Assembly: GCA_027623295.1 (NCBI GenBank)
Contig: JAQBXR010000007.1
Coordinates: 43,552 to 107,551 of the forward strand
Direction of reading: 5' to 3'
Source of the DNA: Planctomycetota bacterium
GTDB lineage: Bacteria > Planctomycetota > UBA1135
Length of the DNA stretch: 64,000 nucleotides
In this document: one piece after another, positions 1-8,573 of the stretch
Layout: each line of letters starts with the position of its first letter
Numbering within the stretch: the first letter of the stretch is position 1
Translations under genes and position numbers: made by a program
Notes under the pieces: generated by a model
Database searches by the model: none
The model's input: the letters and a program-made list of their open reading frames with translations, nothing else
What the model was told of the DNA's origin: nothing

Positions 1-1
1 C

Positions 2-205
2 GGACGGGGCGGCCAAGGCGGCGGCGGGGGACGTGGTGGTCCTCGCGGCGGCGGCCAGGGCCGTGGACGTCGTGAAGAATTTGGGCCAGATCCAAAGCGC
101 CAGAAGAAAGAAGAGTTCGACCCAACCAACCCGTTCTATGTTTTCTTCCAGAAAGAACAGCAAGGTGGCAAGGGCGAGAGGAAAACTAAAGGATCCTCTT
201 CTTAA
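2..205 (+). CDS. 3' end of a gene entering from upstream. It encodes an Arg/Gly-rich (RGG-box) C-terminal tail of the kind found on DEAD-box RNA helicases and some RNA-binding proteins
   Basis: My own frame-2 translation from the window edge reads GRGGQGGGGGRGGPRGGGQGRGRREEFGPDPKRQKKEEFDPTNPFYVFFQKEQQGGKGERKTKGSSS, ending at TAA 203-205. It is absent from the ORF track because no start codon lies inside the window. The parent protein is not visible. Confidence 0.4.
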   Translation, partial: GRGGQGGGGGRGGPRGGGQGRGRREEFGPDPKRQKKEEFDPTNPFYVFFQKEQQGGKGERKTKGSSS

Positions 206-206
206 G

Positions 207-686
207 TTGCTTCAGCATCCACAGGCTGACGCTTTCTTAGAAAGCTACCTCAAAACCCTTCCCGCATCTGAACGGGAAGGGTTTACTTCTTTTAGCGCGG
301 AACACTTTTGTGCGGAGGAAGAGGCTGCAAATGCCTGCGCTGCTTTAGTCCGCGATGGCGTGAAGATGGCTACCTGCAGCATGAAATACTGGTATGAAAC
401 GGAAGGCTTACCGATGCCTGCAGTGGGCCACCTCATGGTGGTTCTGACCTGGGCCGGGGAGCCGAGTTCCATCATTCAAGTTACTGAGGTGAGTGAATGC
501 AGATTCCGCGAGATCACTGCCGAGTGGGCCCTTGCCGAAGGAGAAGGAGATCGGTCTTTGGAGTCTTGGCGGCGGGGGCATCGTGCTTTCTTCGAAAAGG
601 AGTGCGAGCAGATTGGCATGCCCTTTACCGAGGAGGTCTTGCTGGTGCAGGAGCGATTCCGCGTGGTCCATCTGGGGGGCTGTTAG
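207..686 (+). CDS. ASCH-domain protein (YhfF-like)
   Basis: ORF track 33..686. The segment DGVKMATCSMKYWYETEGLPMPAVGHLMVVLTW...ECRFREITAEWALAEGEGDRSLESWRRGHRAFF fits the ASCH/YhfF pattern. The first 58 codons of the ORF are the alternate frame of the upstream RGG tail. The start is therefore more likely TTG 207 (just after the upstream TAA) or ATG 138. Confidence 0.65.
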   Translation: MLQHPQADAFLESYLKTLPASEREGFTSFSAEHFCAEEEAANACAALVRDGVKMATCSMKYWYETEGLPMPAVGHLMVVLTWAGEPSSIIQVTEVSECRFREITAEWALAEGEGDRSLESWRRGHRAFFEKECEQIGMPFTEEVLLVQERFRVVHLGGC

Positions 687-695
687 GATTCCAAT

Positions 696-1472
696 ATGTC
701 TATGGAATTCGCCATTCAAACCACTGCACTGACTCGGAACTTTGGGGATTTCTGTGCAGTCCAACAAGTTGAGCTTCAAGTAGAGCTTGGCACCTTCTAT
801 GGTTTTCTCGGCCCCAATGGTGCCGGAAAATCGACCACTATCAAAATGTTGACAGGATTGTTGGCGCCATCGTCAGGCGAGATTTCAGTGCTTGGGCAAA
901 ACCCAGCAGTGCATGAAGAAGCACTCAAGATGAAGAGCCAGATTGGAGTCATGCCGGAAGACTTGGCGTTATTCGATAACTTGAAAGCTGCCGAGTATCT
1001 AACCTTTATTGGGCGCATGCACGGGATGGAGCAAAAGGTCATTCGTGATCGCACCGAGGAGTTACTGCCATTGCTCGATTTAGAGAAAGATGCCGACAAA
1101 CTCGCGATTGAATATTCTCATGGCATGAAAAAGAAGTTGGCTTTGGCAGCAGCTCTTCTTCCCGATCCAGATTTACTTTTTCTGGACGAACCCTTTGAGG
1201 GCGTCGATGCCGTGGCCTCTCGTACGATTCGGAAACTCTTAGCGAAGTTTGTAGAACGCGGCTCTACGGTATTTTTGACTTCCCATGTTTTAGAAATTGT
1301 GGAACGACTGTGCACCCATGTAGGAATTATTTCTGACGGAGTGTTGGTGGAGCAAACCAAGATGGAAAACCTTGGCAGTGGCGGATCCTTGGAGCAGCGC
1401 TTCCTCGAGGTCGTCGGCTCAAAGGTAGATACCGACCCACAAATCAGTTGGTTGGGCGAAGGCGTTCTTTGA
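696..1472 (+). CDS. ABC transporter ATP-binding protein (ABC-2 exporter type)
   Basis: Walker A GPNGAGKST, signature-like YSHGMKKKLALA, Walker B LLFLDEPFEG, H-loop TSHVLE. ATG start. Confidence 0.9.
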   Translation: MSMEFAIQTTALTRNFGDFCAVQQVELQVELGTFYGFLGPNGAGKSTTIKMLTGLLAPSSGEISVLGQNPAVHEEALKMKSQIGVMPEDLALFDNLKAAEYLTFIGRMHGMEQKVIRDRTEELLPLLDLEKDADKLAIEYSHGMKKKLALAAALLPDPDLLFLDEPFEGVDAVASRTIRKLLAKFVERGSTVFLTSHVLEIVERLCTHVGIISDGVLVEQTKMENLGSGGSLEQRFLEVVGSKVDTDPQISWLGEGVL

Positions 1473-1492
1473 ACCGCTCGCAACTAAAAATC

Positions 1493-3277
1493 ATGATGTG
1501 GGTGCGATGGCGTATTTTGGCCAACCGCATGAGTCGACGCGGAAAAATCAACAGTGTGCTTTTTGCGGTTTTATTGTTGCTCGGCGCGGTTTTATTTGTC
1601 GGAGCGTTCTTTGCGACTTTTCTGGTTGGCAGCGAAATCCTGCCGGACGCAGAACCGATGGAAGTGTGGGGGGCATGGCTTGGCCTAGGCGTTGGCTTTT
1701 TACTCTTCTGGATGATTGGCTTAATGACCGAGTTGAGTCGTTCGGATTCGTTGTCGATTAAGAATCTTTTGCACTTACCGGTTTCTTTGGGCTGGGTTTT
1801 TATTAACAACTACCTGAGTTCTTTCGTTTCACTCAGCATTGCATTCTTTCTTCCGGCCATGCTTGGTTTAGCCTTAGCCATGATCAAGGTCTTCGGCATG
1901 TACATGCTCCTGTGCTTTCCCCTGATCTTTGGGTTCTTCATCCTAGTCACTGCTTTGACCTATCACTTGCGCGGCTGGCTTGCGCGTCTGATGGAGGATA
2001 AACGTAAAGCTAAGAGCATTGTCATGGGGATTAGCTTTGGACTTGTGCTTTTAGTGCAAGCGCCAAACTTTATCAACATGGCGACTAGCGGAAGCCAATT
2101 GGATGGTCGCGTTAAGAAATTTGAGCTACAGAGCAAGGTTAAATCCGCAACGCCAGGACCAAGGCTTGAACAGGCACAGGCCGAACTAGATGCCTTCTTG
2201 GCAGTGGAGGAAATTGAGGAAATGAAATCAGACCGTGTCATGGTCCTCGCCAGTCAAGTCATCCCCTTTGGGTGGTTGCCTTATGGCATGTTTGCCTTGC
2301 ATGGAAAAAGATTTCTCGCAGCATCTTTGTCAATCATGGGTTTCTTTCTGCTTGCCGGCCTCAGTTTGAAGCGTTCCTACCGCACCACCTTACGCGGTAT
2401 TGTGGAAGGAGAGGGGCATGGCGCTGGTGCTAAGAAAAAGAAGGGTTCGCTTGAGCTAAAGAAATCTAAAAAGAAGGCTGGGGGAATGCCTTTCGTAGAG
2501 CGTCGAATCCCATGGACCAGCGACGCCGTTTCAGCCGTCACTTTTTCGAATCTCCGTTCTCTCGTGCGAGCACCGGAATCGAAAATGATGATGCTCGGCC
2601 CCATTATCATGTTCGGCTTTATGGCTATGGGCTTGGTGAAAAGTGACAATCTGGAAAATTACAGAATATGGATGCCAATCATGAGTCTCGGCGCAGCTTC
2701 CATGGGAATGATGAGCGTGAGTCAGGTCATTCAAAACCTATTTGGCTTAGACCGAGCAGGCTTTCGCGCTTATGTTTTGTCTCCAGTGCCACGCAAGCAA
2801 ATTTTGATTGGCAAAAATTTGGCTTCTGCTCCGTTTGGAATGGGGATAGGTTTTATCGCACTTTGCGGCCTTCAATTTTTCATCCCAGTGGACGCAAACC
2901 ACTTTTTTGGCGGGTTCTTTCAGGTCATATCGGCCTTCTTATTGTTCTGTTTGGTGGGCAATTCCATGTCGATCTATGCGCCGGTTCGAATGCGCGAAAT
3001 GGGCAATAAAGGCGTGAGACCAAAGTTCTCGACTTTTGTTTTACAATTCCTTGCGATTATTTTCTATCCCTTGGCGCTGTCTCCGCTGCTCCTGCCGTGG
3101 GGCGTGGAATACATGCTGAATGGAGAAGCTTGGGCGGAGGGGCTTCCGATTTACCTGCTGCTCCAGGCGGTCATGCTTGGCTTAGTGGTCTTGACCTATC
3201 GCTGGTTCCTTGGCCAGCAGGGCGAAATCCTGCAAAGCCGGGAACAGCAAATCCTTGACGTCTTAACCCGCGATTAA
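1493..3277 (+). CDS. Polytopic membrane protein, putative permease partner of the ABC ATPase
   Basis: ORF track 1448..3277 begins at TTG. ATG-ATG at 1493 lies 20 nt after the ATPase stop. The protein has many hydrophobic segments and a Lys-rich loop GAGAKKKKGSLELKKSKKKAGG. I recognised no family motif. Confidence 0.65.
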   Translation: MMWVRWRILANRMSRRGKINSVLFAVLLLLGAVLFVGAFFATFLVGSEILPDAEPMEVWGAWLGLGVGFLLFWMIGLMTELSRSDSLSIKNLLHLPVSLGWVFINNYLSSFVSLSIAFFLPAMLGLALAMIKVFGMYMLLCFPLIFGFFILVTALTYHLRGWLARLMEDKRKAKSIVMGISFGLVLLVQAPNFINMATSGSQLDGRVKKFELQSKVKSATPGPRLEQAQAELDAFLAVEEIEEMKSDRVMVLASQVIPFGWLPYGMFALHGKRFLAASLSIMGFFLLAGLSLKRSYRTTLRGIVEGEGHGAGAKKKKGSLELKKSKKKAGGMPFVERRIPWTSDAVSAVTFSNLRSLVRAPESKMMMLGPIIMFGFMAMGLVKSDNLENYRIWMPIMSLGAASMGMMSVSQVIQNLFGLDRAGFRAYVLSPVPRKQILIGKNLASAPFGMGIGFIALCGLQFFIPVDANHFFGGFFQVISAFLLFCLVGNSMSIYAPVRMREMGNKGVRPKFSTFVLQFLAIIFYPLALSPLLLPWGVEYMLNGEAWAEGLPIYLLLQAVMLGLVVLTYRWFLGQQGEILQSREQQILDVLTRD

Positions 3278-4233
3278 CGGTCACGCTTAAGCATAGCTAC
3301 AGGCACGCCGATGGCTTCTAGCTGTGGCATGACCTCGGCCAGCCAGCGTTTGCCATCTACGCCATAACCTTTGGTTGGCTTGACTTCAGGTAGCTTTTTC
3401 GCCCACCAGGCATTGAACAAATCCATCATCCGTTCGCGGGTTTGCTTGGCGGCTAAAGAGCCTAGCGCAACGGGTAGGTGCTTGCGGTCCGCGCCTTCGC
3501 TGAAACGAAGCTGCACATTCCGGTTGTCAAACTCTAAGGAGTAAGTGGAGCCACTTGGCTCTTCGCCGTGAATCGTGATCAAACGTGGATTCAAAGCGCG
3601 GCGCAGAGGGTCGGCATAACGTTGACGTCCACCTTGGCGATCTAACTCAATGCGTAAAGGTGCATCGCCGGTCAAGCTCATGATGTGGCGCACCGCTTGC
3701 ATCGTAATCGCAAAGTTCGCATGGCCTTTGCCACCAGTGTTCTCAAGCAACTGATTCCACTCACCAGCCGGAACCGCACGTGCGCCAAAGCCAGTGAGGG
3801 TACATCCGTGGGCGTCTAAATCGCGTCGGACCGATGCTGCATCTAAGCGTGCGCGGTCATGCGTAATTTCAGGCACCAAGTCATGAGTCAGCTGCTTAAA
3901 CCAAGGCGCCTGGTGTAGTAAACGCGCATCGCCGGCGGGGGATTCGGTCACCCAGCGATCTAAACTGAAGTCGCTTTCTTGACTGAGTTCGCGAAAGGCA
4001 GCCACCGTCCGGCCCAAGCGTTTGCGTCCATGCGGCCCCTGATGCACCTTCTTCGAATCGTTCAGCCACAGCCGACGTAAATCTTTACGCTCCGGCTTCG
4101 GTGAGGTTGAGGTCGACAGTACATCCCACAAATCCTGTTCCGGACTTTGCACCCGGAACACACTGAAGCCAACCGTGAATGGGCCTACAAAAGGGCCATA
4201 GCCCGCTTCATCAATCCCCGCGAGAAAGGCCAT
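3274..4233 (-). CDS. RNase HII-family protein, long variant
   Basis: N-terminal GIDEAGYGPFVGP (compare the RNase HII motif GIDEAGRGP), LNDSKKV (DSK motif) and a C-terminal ADRKHLPVALGSLAAKQTRERMM block. At 319 aa it is about 100 aa longer than typical RnhB. Confidence 0.6.
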   Translation of the reverse strand: MAFLAGIDEAGYGPFVGPFTVGFSVFRVQSPEQDLWDVLSTSTSPKPERKDLRRLWLNDSKKVHQGPHGRKRLGRTVAAFRELSQESDFSLDRWVTESPAGDARLLHQAPWFKQLTHDLVPEITHDRARLDAASVRRDLDAHGCTLTGFGARAVPAGEWNQLLENTGGKGHANFAITMQAVRHIMSLTGDAPLRIELDRQGGRQRYADPLRRALNPRLITIHGEEPSGSTYSLEFDNRNVQLRFSEGADRKHLPVALGSLAAKQTRERMMDLFNAWWAKKLPEVKPTKGYGVDGKRWLAEVMPQLEAIGVPVAMLKRDR

Positions 4234-4238
4234 GGAAT

Positions 4239-5204
4239 CTAGTTGGAAGCGGTTTCAGCTTTGACTTGCAGTGATGGTATTTTGCGCATGACGAAGTACA
4301 CCAATAGCGCAACCGCAAAGGTTGCAATGCCGACCATCTGCGAGGTGGAGAGCAGCAGATGCGGGAAGGCTTGCGGGTCGCCCTGAATGAGCATGTCGCG
4401 ATAAGCCTGTAAATCAATCACCCGACCTGCGGCATCCTTGACGCCAGCGTTGTTGAGGTAAATCGCAACATCTTCCGGGCTGGAACCTTCTTTGTAGATG
4501 CCGCCGCGCGCCACCATGTCAAAGCGGAAGTACTCGACGATAAAACGCAACATGGCATAACCCATGATGAGCAGCAGTGAGACCTGGCCGTGGAACTTTT
4601 TGCGCTTCAGCATCATCAGGCCGAAGAAGAATAGGCTCAAAGCTTTCGCCGACATGTACAGCTGCGTCGGGTGGACCGGCACGGTGGACAGGGTGGGCTC
4701 AAAAGCTGAGCCAACAGCGAGTGGCTCCGGGAAGGTGATAGCCCAAGGCACATCGGTGGGGGCGCCGTAGTCATCGCCCACTGCCAAGCAGCCAAGCCGG
4801 CCAATCGCCTGGCCCAGGAAGCCGGCGGTCAAACCATAATCCAAGCTCTGCCATCCGGGCATGCCGAGTCGCTTCGCCTTCCAGACTCCGAGCACTACAG
4901 CTAGAATGAGGCCGCCATACATGACCAGCCCGCCTTCCCAAACTTTGAGAATGTCCGCAGGGTGGCTCGCGTAATGGTCGATGTTGACCAGCACAAAGGC
5001 GAGGCGAGCGCCGAGGATCACGCCAATCAAAACCCACCAACTCACATCTGCGAACCGCGCCGGGTCTAGCTCTTTGTTGGCTCCATAACGCGACGCCAGC
5101 TTCGAGCCGGTGCCAACGCCAACCAGGAATCCCAATGCCACTAGCAGGCCAAAGGACCGTAGGGGAAAATCGAGGAAGGGAATAGTGAACAGTTCAGGCC
5201 ACAC
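4239..5204 (-). CDS. lgt: Prolipoprotein diacylglyceryl transferase
   Basis: GGLVMYGGLI, GRLGCLAVGDDYG, PWAITF and VHPTQLY blocks in a multi-TM protein. GTG start. It carries a C-terminal extension. Confidence 0.85.
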   Translation of the reverse strand: MWPELFTIPFLDFPLRSFGLLVALGFLVGVGTGSKLASRYGANKELDPARFADVSWWVLIGVILGARLAFVLVNIDHYASHPADILKVWEGGLVMYGGLILAVVLGVWKAKRLGMPGWQSLDYGLTAGFLGQAIGRLGCLAVGDDYGAPTDVPWAITFPEPLAVGSAFEPTLSTVPVHPTQLYMSAKALSLFFFGLMMLKRKKFHGQVSLLLIMGYAMLRFIVEYFRFDMVARGGIYKEGSSPEDVAIYLNNAGVKDAAGRVIDLQAYRDMLIQGDPQAFPHLLLSTSQMVGIATFAVALLVYFVMRKIPSLQVKAETASN

Positions 5205-5230
5205 GGCCGCATTCTAACTACGCGCACGTT

Positions 5231-6043
5231 TTGACCGAGTCCGAGAACCAGAAACCACCCCTTTACGAAGGGCCACAACGCCTCTTTTTTGAAGGGCGCT
5301 ACCGGAAGTTGGTGCGCGACCTTCCGCAGACCATTTTTTTCTGCCCGGGTTGCAAAGGGAAGGGGTGCAATACCTGTGAAGGAAATGGCCGCTTGTCTAA
5401 GGATTCGGTGCAGGAACTCATCGCACGAGTTGCCATGCCTCGCTTTAAGGCACGGCGCAATAGGTTCCATGGTGCTGGGCGCGAGGACATGAACGTGCGT
5501 ATGCTCGGCAACGGACGCCCCTTTGTTTTTGAAATGCAGAAGGCCAAGCGCAGAGATGTCGATTTGGTGGACCTGGCCGCGGAAATCAAACGCCGCTCCG
5601 AAGACCGTATTGAGCTGCTCGATCTGAAGCTCTGCGAACGTTTCCGCGTGGCCGAGGTCAAGGAAACCCACTGTGAAAAGGAATACCTCGCGCGCGTGCG
5701 TTTTGACGATGGCGTCGTGGTCGATGCCGCTGCCGTAGAGCAAAAACTACAGGCCTTACTCGAAGGCCCACGCCTAGATCTTCAGCAGAATACGCCGCAA
5801 CGCGTGGCACATCGCCGAGCCGACAAGGCGCGCGAGCGCTGGATTGACATCACCGCGTGGGAGCGCGATGGCGACGACTGGATGATTTCCATCTTGTCGC
5901 AACACGGCACCTACATCAAAGAAGCGATTTCCAGCGATGGCGGGCGTACGGTGCCGTCGATTGCGGAGCTGCTTGAGGGCGCTTGTACTTGTGTGGAGTT
6001 AGATGTGCTGAACATCTTGGTGCCTCCAGAGCCTACTGATTGA
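5231..6043 (+). CDS. pus10: Pus10-like tRNA pseudouridine synthase (short form: zinc ribbon plus catalytic domain)
   Basis: CPGCKGKGCNTCEGNG (CxxC-x4-CxxC). FHGAGREDMNVRMLGNGRPFVFEM matches the Pus10 catalytic block AGREDVDVRxLGxGRPF. The C-terminal RVAHRRADKARERWI...GTYIKEAISSDGGRTVPSIAELLG...ELDV is also Pus10-like. TTG start, with no nearby ATG. Confidence 0.65.
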   Translation: MTESENQKPPLYEGPQRLFFEGRYRKLVRDLPQTIFFCPGCKGKGCNTCEGNGRLSKDSVQELIARVAMPRFKARRNRFHGAGREDMNVRMLGNGRPFVFEMQKAKRRDVDLVDLAAEIKRRSEDRIELLDLKLCERFRVAEVKETHCEKEYLARVRFDDGVVVDAAAVEQKLQALLEGPRLDLQQNTPQRVAHRRADKARERWIDITAWERDGDDWMISILSQHGTYIKEAISSDGGRTVPSIAELLEGACTCVELDVLNILVPPEPTD

Positions 6044-6196
6044 GAAAGCCTTCGCGCTCTTGCGCTTCGAGCAGGACATCGCCAGGAATCGCAGACGGCT
6101 GATTTTGCGTTGGCATGACGCAGGCCCAGCCGAACAGGGCGAAGGAAAGGCAACGCGAGACTCGGTTTTTATTGCCTTTCACGATTAGGCTGAGAG

Positions 6197-6694
6197 CTAA
6201 AGCGAAACGCCAGTAATCGTAGCCTGACTCACCATGGTGCCGTCTTCGCGGATCACCTGGCCTTCCCACTTAAAGTAAGGGCGGCGCTTGCTAGATTTCC
6301 GAATCTTGCCGGCAACCCAAAGCTTCTCGCCGGCTCCCACTGGTTGGCGGAAACGTACGCCCTCGAGGGCTCCAAAGCCCATGAACACGCCAAGGTCTAA
6401 TTCCAATTCGTGGTGTGCATGAATCGATGCGATTTGCGCCATGCACTCAATTTGCAACACGCCCGGGAAGAGTGGGCGTCCAGGAAGGTGCCCGCGCTCC
6501 CAAAACTCGCCCGGCTGCAAAAGCCGCGACCCCACCACCAAGTTGCCCGGCAAATCCAAGTGCAAAATGGAATCTAACTGCAGAAACTCGAAGCGTTGCG
6601 GGTTGCGCAACATGCAATCTTCTGCAGTCATGAAGACCTTATCGAGCGGGAAATCCTTTGGGTCAATGAAGGGGACGGAGGAGGTCACGCACAA
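6197..6694 (-). CDS. FabZ/FabA-like hotdog-fold 3-hydroxyacyl-ACP dehydratase
   Basis: GHLPGRPLFPGVLQIECMAQ (compare FabZ HFPxxPxMPGVLxxEAxAQ), then GVRFRQPVGAGEKL. TTG start at 6694; an alternative ATG is at 6631. Confidence 0.6.
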   Translation of the reverse strand: MCVTSSVPFIDPKDFPLDKVFMTAEDCMLRNPQRFEFLQLDSILHLDLPGNLVVGSRLLQPGEFWERGHLPGRPLFPGVLQIECMAQIASIHAHHELELDLGVFMGFGALEGVRFRQPVGAGEKLWVAGKIRKSSKRRPYFKWEGQVIREDGTMVSQATITGVSL

Positions 6695-6742
6695 GAATAT
6701 ACCGCCGAGCGGATGGTTTATCCCAATCTAAGAACTCCTGGT

Positions 6743-8560
6743 CTAAGGAGTTAGAGACAGACTCTGTGGTTCGCTCAGCAAATCGACGCTGCCGCCAGGG
6801 CCAAAGACGACAAAGGCATGATTCAGGGTTGATCCGGCAGCGCCCAAGAAGGCATTTGGCGGAAAGCTGAGGGTCGCAGTGGCTTTGCCCTGGGCATCGA
6901 GGGTGCCGCGGAAAGCACCGAACAGCACATGTCCGGGCTGCCGCAAGGTCAATTGAAAGTAGGGGCCAGCATTTAAGAACAAGTGGTTGACGCCTTGATT
7001 TAAGCCTGGGGAACGACCGGTGTTACTGCCGAGCATCCAATATTGTTTGATGCCATGCGCCAGGCCGGCATCGAGGCTGAAAGTCGCAGTGCCACCAGGA
7101 GTCAGGGAAAGACTATTTACGTCTTGCTTGAGGTGATCCAGGCCAAGGTGTCCGTCGCTAAAAATGTTTTGCCCGAAGATGTCATCGTTGCCATTGCGTT
7201 CATCTTCCCAGAACACCACGGCTTCTTCAGTCTCGCTCATGGATAGGGATAAGCGAGTAGAGCGATTACTTGGCAGGCTGCAAACGGTTTCTGGTCCGCC
7301 CCAAACTTGGGTTCCAGAAGCATCCACTAAAGTTGCAATCACTTCATCCTGTCCAAAGCCGCCGTTTGGTGCCCAGCCGAGTACAGCAAGGGCGCCATCG
7401 GCCAAAGGCTCGACGTAGCTTAGATATTTGGTTGCAGAGTCCACCGGCAAGATTTCGATTCCATTACCCCAAGTGGTTAGCCCGTTGGCGTCGACTTGTT
7501 GTGCAAACCAACCGCTCTGCGATTGACCGCTGTTCTTTTCACTCCAGAATGCAAAGATGCTGTTGGTACGCGCGTTGAAGGCAGCGCGCGGTGCAATGTG
7601 ATTCATGCCGACCGCATTGGACAGCGGGACTCCAAGGTGTGGAAAGAGCTCGGCGCCGCTGCTATCCAGGCGTTGCACATAAGCATCGAATAGGCCGCCG
7701 CGGCTTGGGTTGCTGACATGCCAGCACAAGACTGCGCCACCATTGTCATCGGCCAAGAGCTGAGGACTGTACGCAAAGGGTAAATTGGAGGCGTCGTACA
7801 CTTCGGTGGGTTGAGCCCAAGCGGGAGCGCCAGAAGGCAAGAAGGCTTGCGTGCGTAGGTGCTTGGTGCTGGTGAAAAAGTTGGTGTCGCGCACCCAACT
7901 CACAATCACGTTTCCATTGTCGCCGGCCACCACTTCTGCAAAACCAGGCGAAGCGCCGGCTTCCGCGGCAATCACTACGCCACCTGCTTGCAGTTGCGGT
8001 TGACCGCCGGCATCCAAGCGTTGCATGCGAATCACCGGGTTCGCACTGAACTGACTCCACACCACTACGAAATCACCGGTGCTGGTTTGGGTGACCATAG
8101 GGTCGGCTTCGAAATCCCCATTCACCGAAAGCGTGACGCCATTGGGGCCCCAAGGAAGGCCTCCGGTTGCCGCAATGCAGTAGGCATAAACATCGAGGTC
8201 GCTGCCGGAACGGGTGTCGGTGAAGACCACGACTGCATTACCACCAGTGTCGGCAGTGAGATCCCAGTTCACCAAACTAGAAGACTGCGGGTTGCTGCTT
8301 ACTAATACTCCGCCGGGTGCAAAAGTGGCTTGTCCAGTGGCACTGTAAAGCTGGGCGTAAACGTCGTAGTTGCCAGAAGCATTGTCGAACCAGGCCACCC
8401 ATCGACTACCGTCAGCGGTTGTGGCGGACTTCGGTAAGGCCTGTTCGCCAGCGCGGGCGACTACGGTTGTGTTCTGGTTGGCATCGTCGCTCCATTGGGC
8501 GGCAAGCGGAGCTGCGAAAAGCACGAGCGAGGGGAGAGCAACAAAGGCGAACTTGACCAT
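6743..8560 (-). CDS. Secreted repeat protein, probable beta-propeller with about 8 blades, plus a C-terminal beta-rich domain
   Basis: Signal peptide MVKFAFVALPSLVLFAAPLAAQ. A roughly 50-aa unit recurs, for example RWVAWFDNASGNYDVYAQLYSATG, AVVVFTDTRSGSDLDVYAYCIAATG, AVLCWHVSNPSRGGLFDAYVQRLDSSG and AVVFWEDERNGNDDIFGQNIFSDG. Confidence 0.7.
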   Translation of the reverse strand: MVKFAFVALPSLVLFAAPLAAQWSDDANQNTTVVARAGEQALPKSATTADGSRWVAWFDNASGNYDVYAQLYSATGQATFAPGGVLVSSNPQSSSLVNWDLTADTGGNAVVVFTDTRSGSDLDVYAYCIAATGGLPWGPNGVTLSVNGDFEADPMVTQTSTGDFVVVWSQFSANPVIRMQRLDAGGQPQLQAGGVVIAAEAGASPGFAEVVAGDNGNVIVSWVRDTNFFTSTKHLRTQAFLPSGAPAWAQPTEVYDASNLPFAYSPQLLADDNGGAVLCWHVSNPSRGGLFDAYVQRLDSSGAELFPHLGVPLSNAVGMNHIAPRAAFNARTNSIFAFWSEKNSGQSQSGWFAQQVDANGLTTWGNGIEILPVDSATKYLSYVEPLADGALAVLGWAPNGGFGQDEVIATLVDASGTQVWGGPETVCSLPSNRSTRLSLSMSETEEAVVFWEDERNGNDDIFGQNIFSDGHLGLDHLKQDVNSLSLTPGGTATFSLDAGLAHGIKQYWMLGSNTGRSPGLNQGVNHLFLNAGPYFQLTLRQPGHVLFGAFRGTLDAQGKATATLSFPPNAFLGAAGSTLNHAFVVFGPGGSVDLLSEPQSLSLTP

Positions 8561-8573
8561 CCACCCATTCTAA

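Noticed and set aside
5141-5743. 200-aa minus-strand ORF overlapping the lgt start and pus10
   Set aside because: It is a shadow ORF. The plus-frame Pus10 blocks and the lgt frame explain the region.
6145-6180. Stem GAAAGGCAA...TTGCCTTTC containing CGAGACTCGGTTTTT between the convergent pus10 and fabZ-like genes, considered as a terminator
   Set aside because: The outer stem encloses an 18-nt loop and the inner stem is only 4 bp. It also overlaps the extreme 3' region near the fabZ-like stop. This is too weak to annotate.
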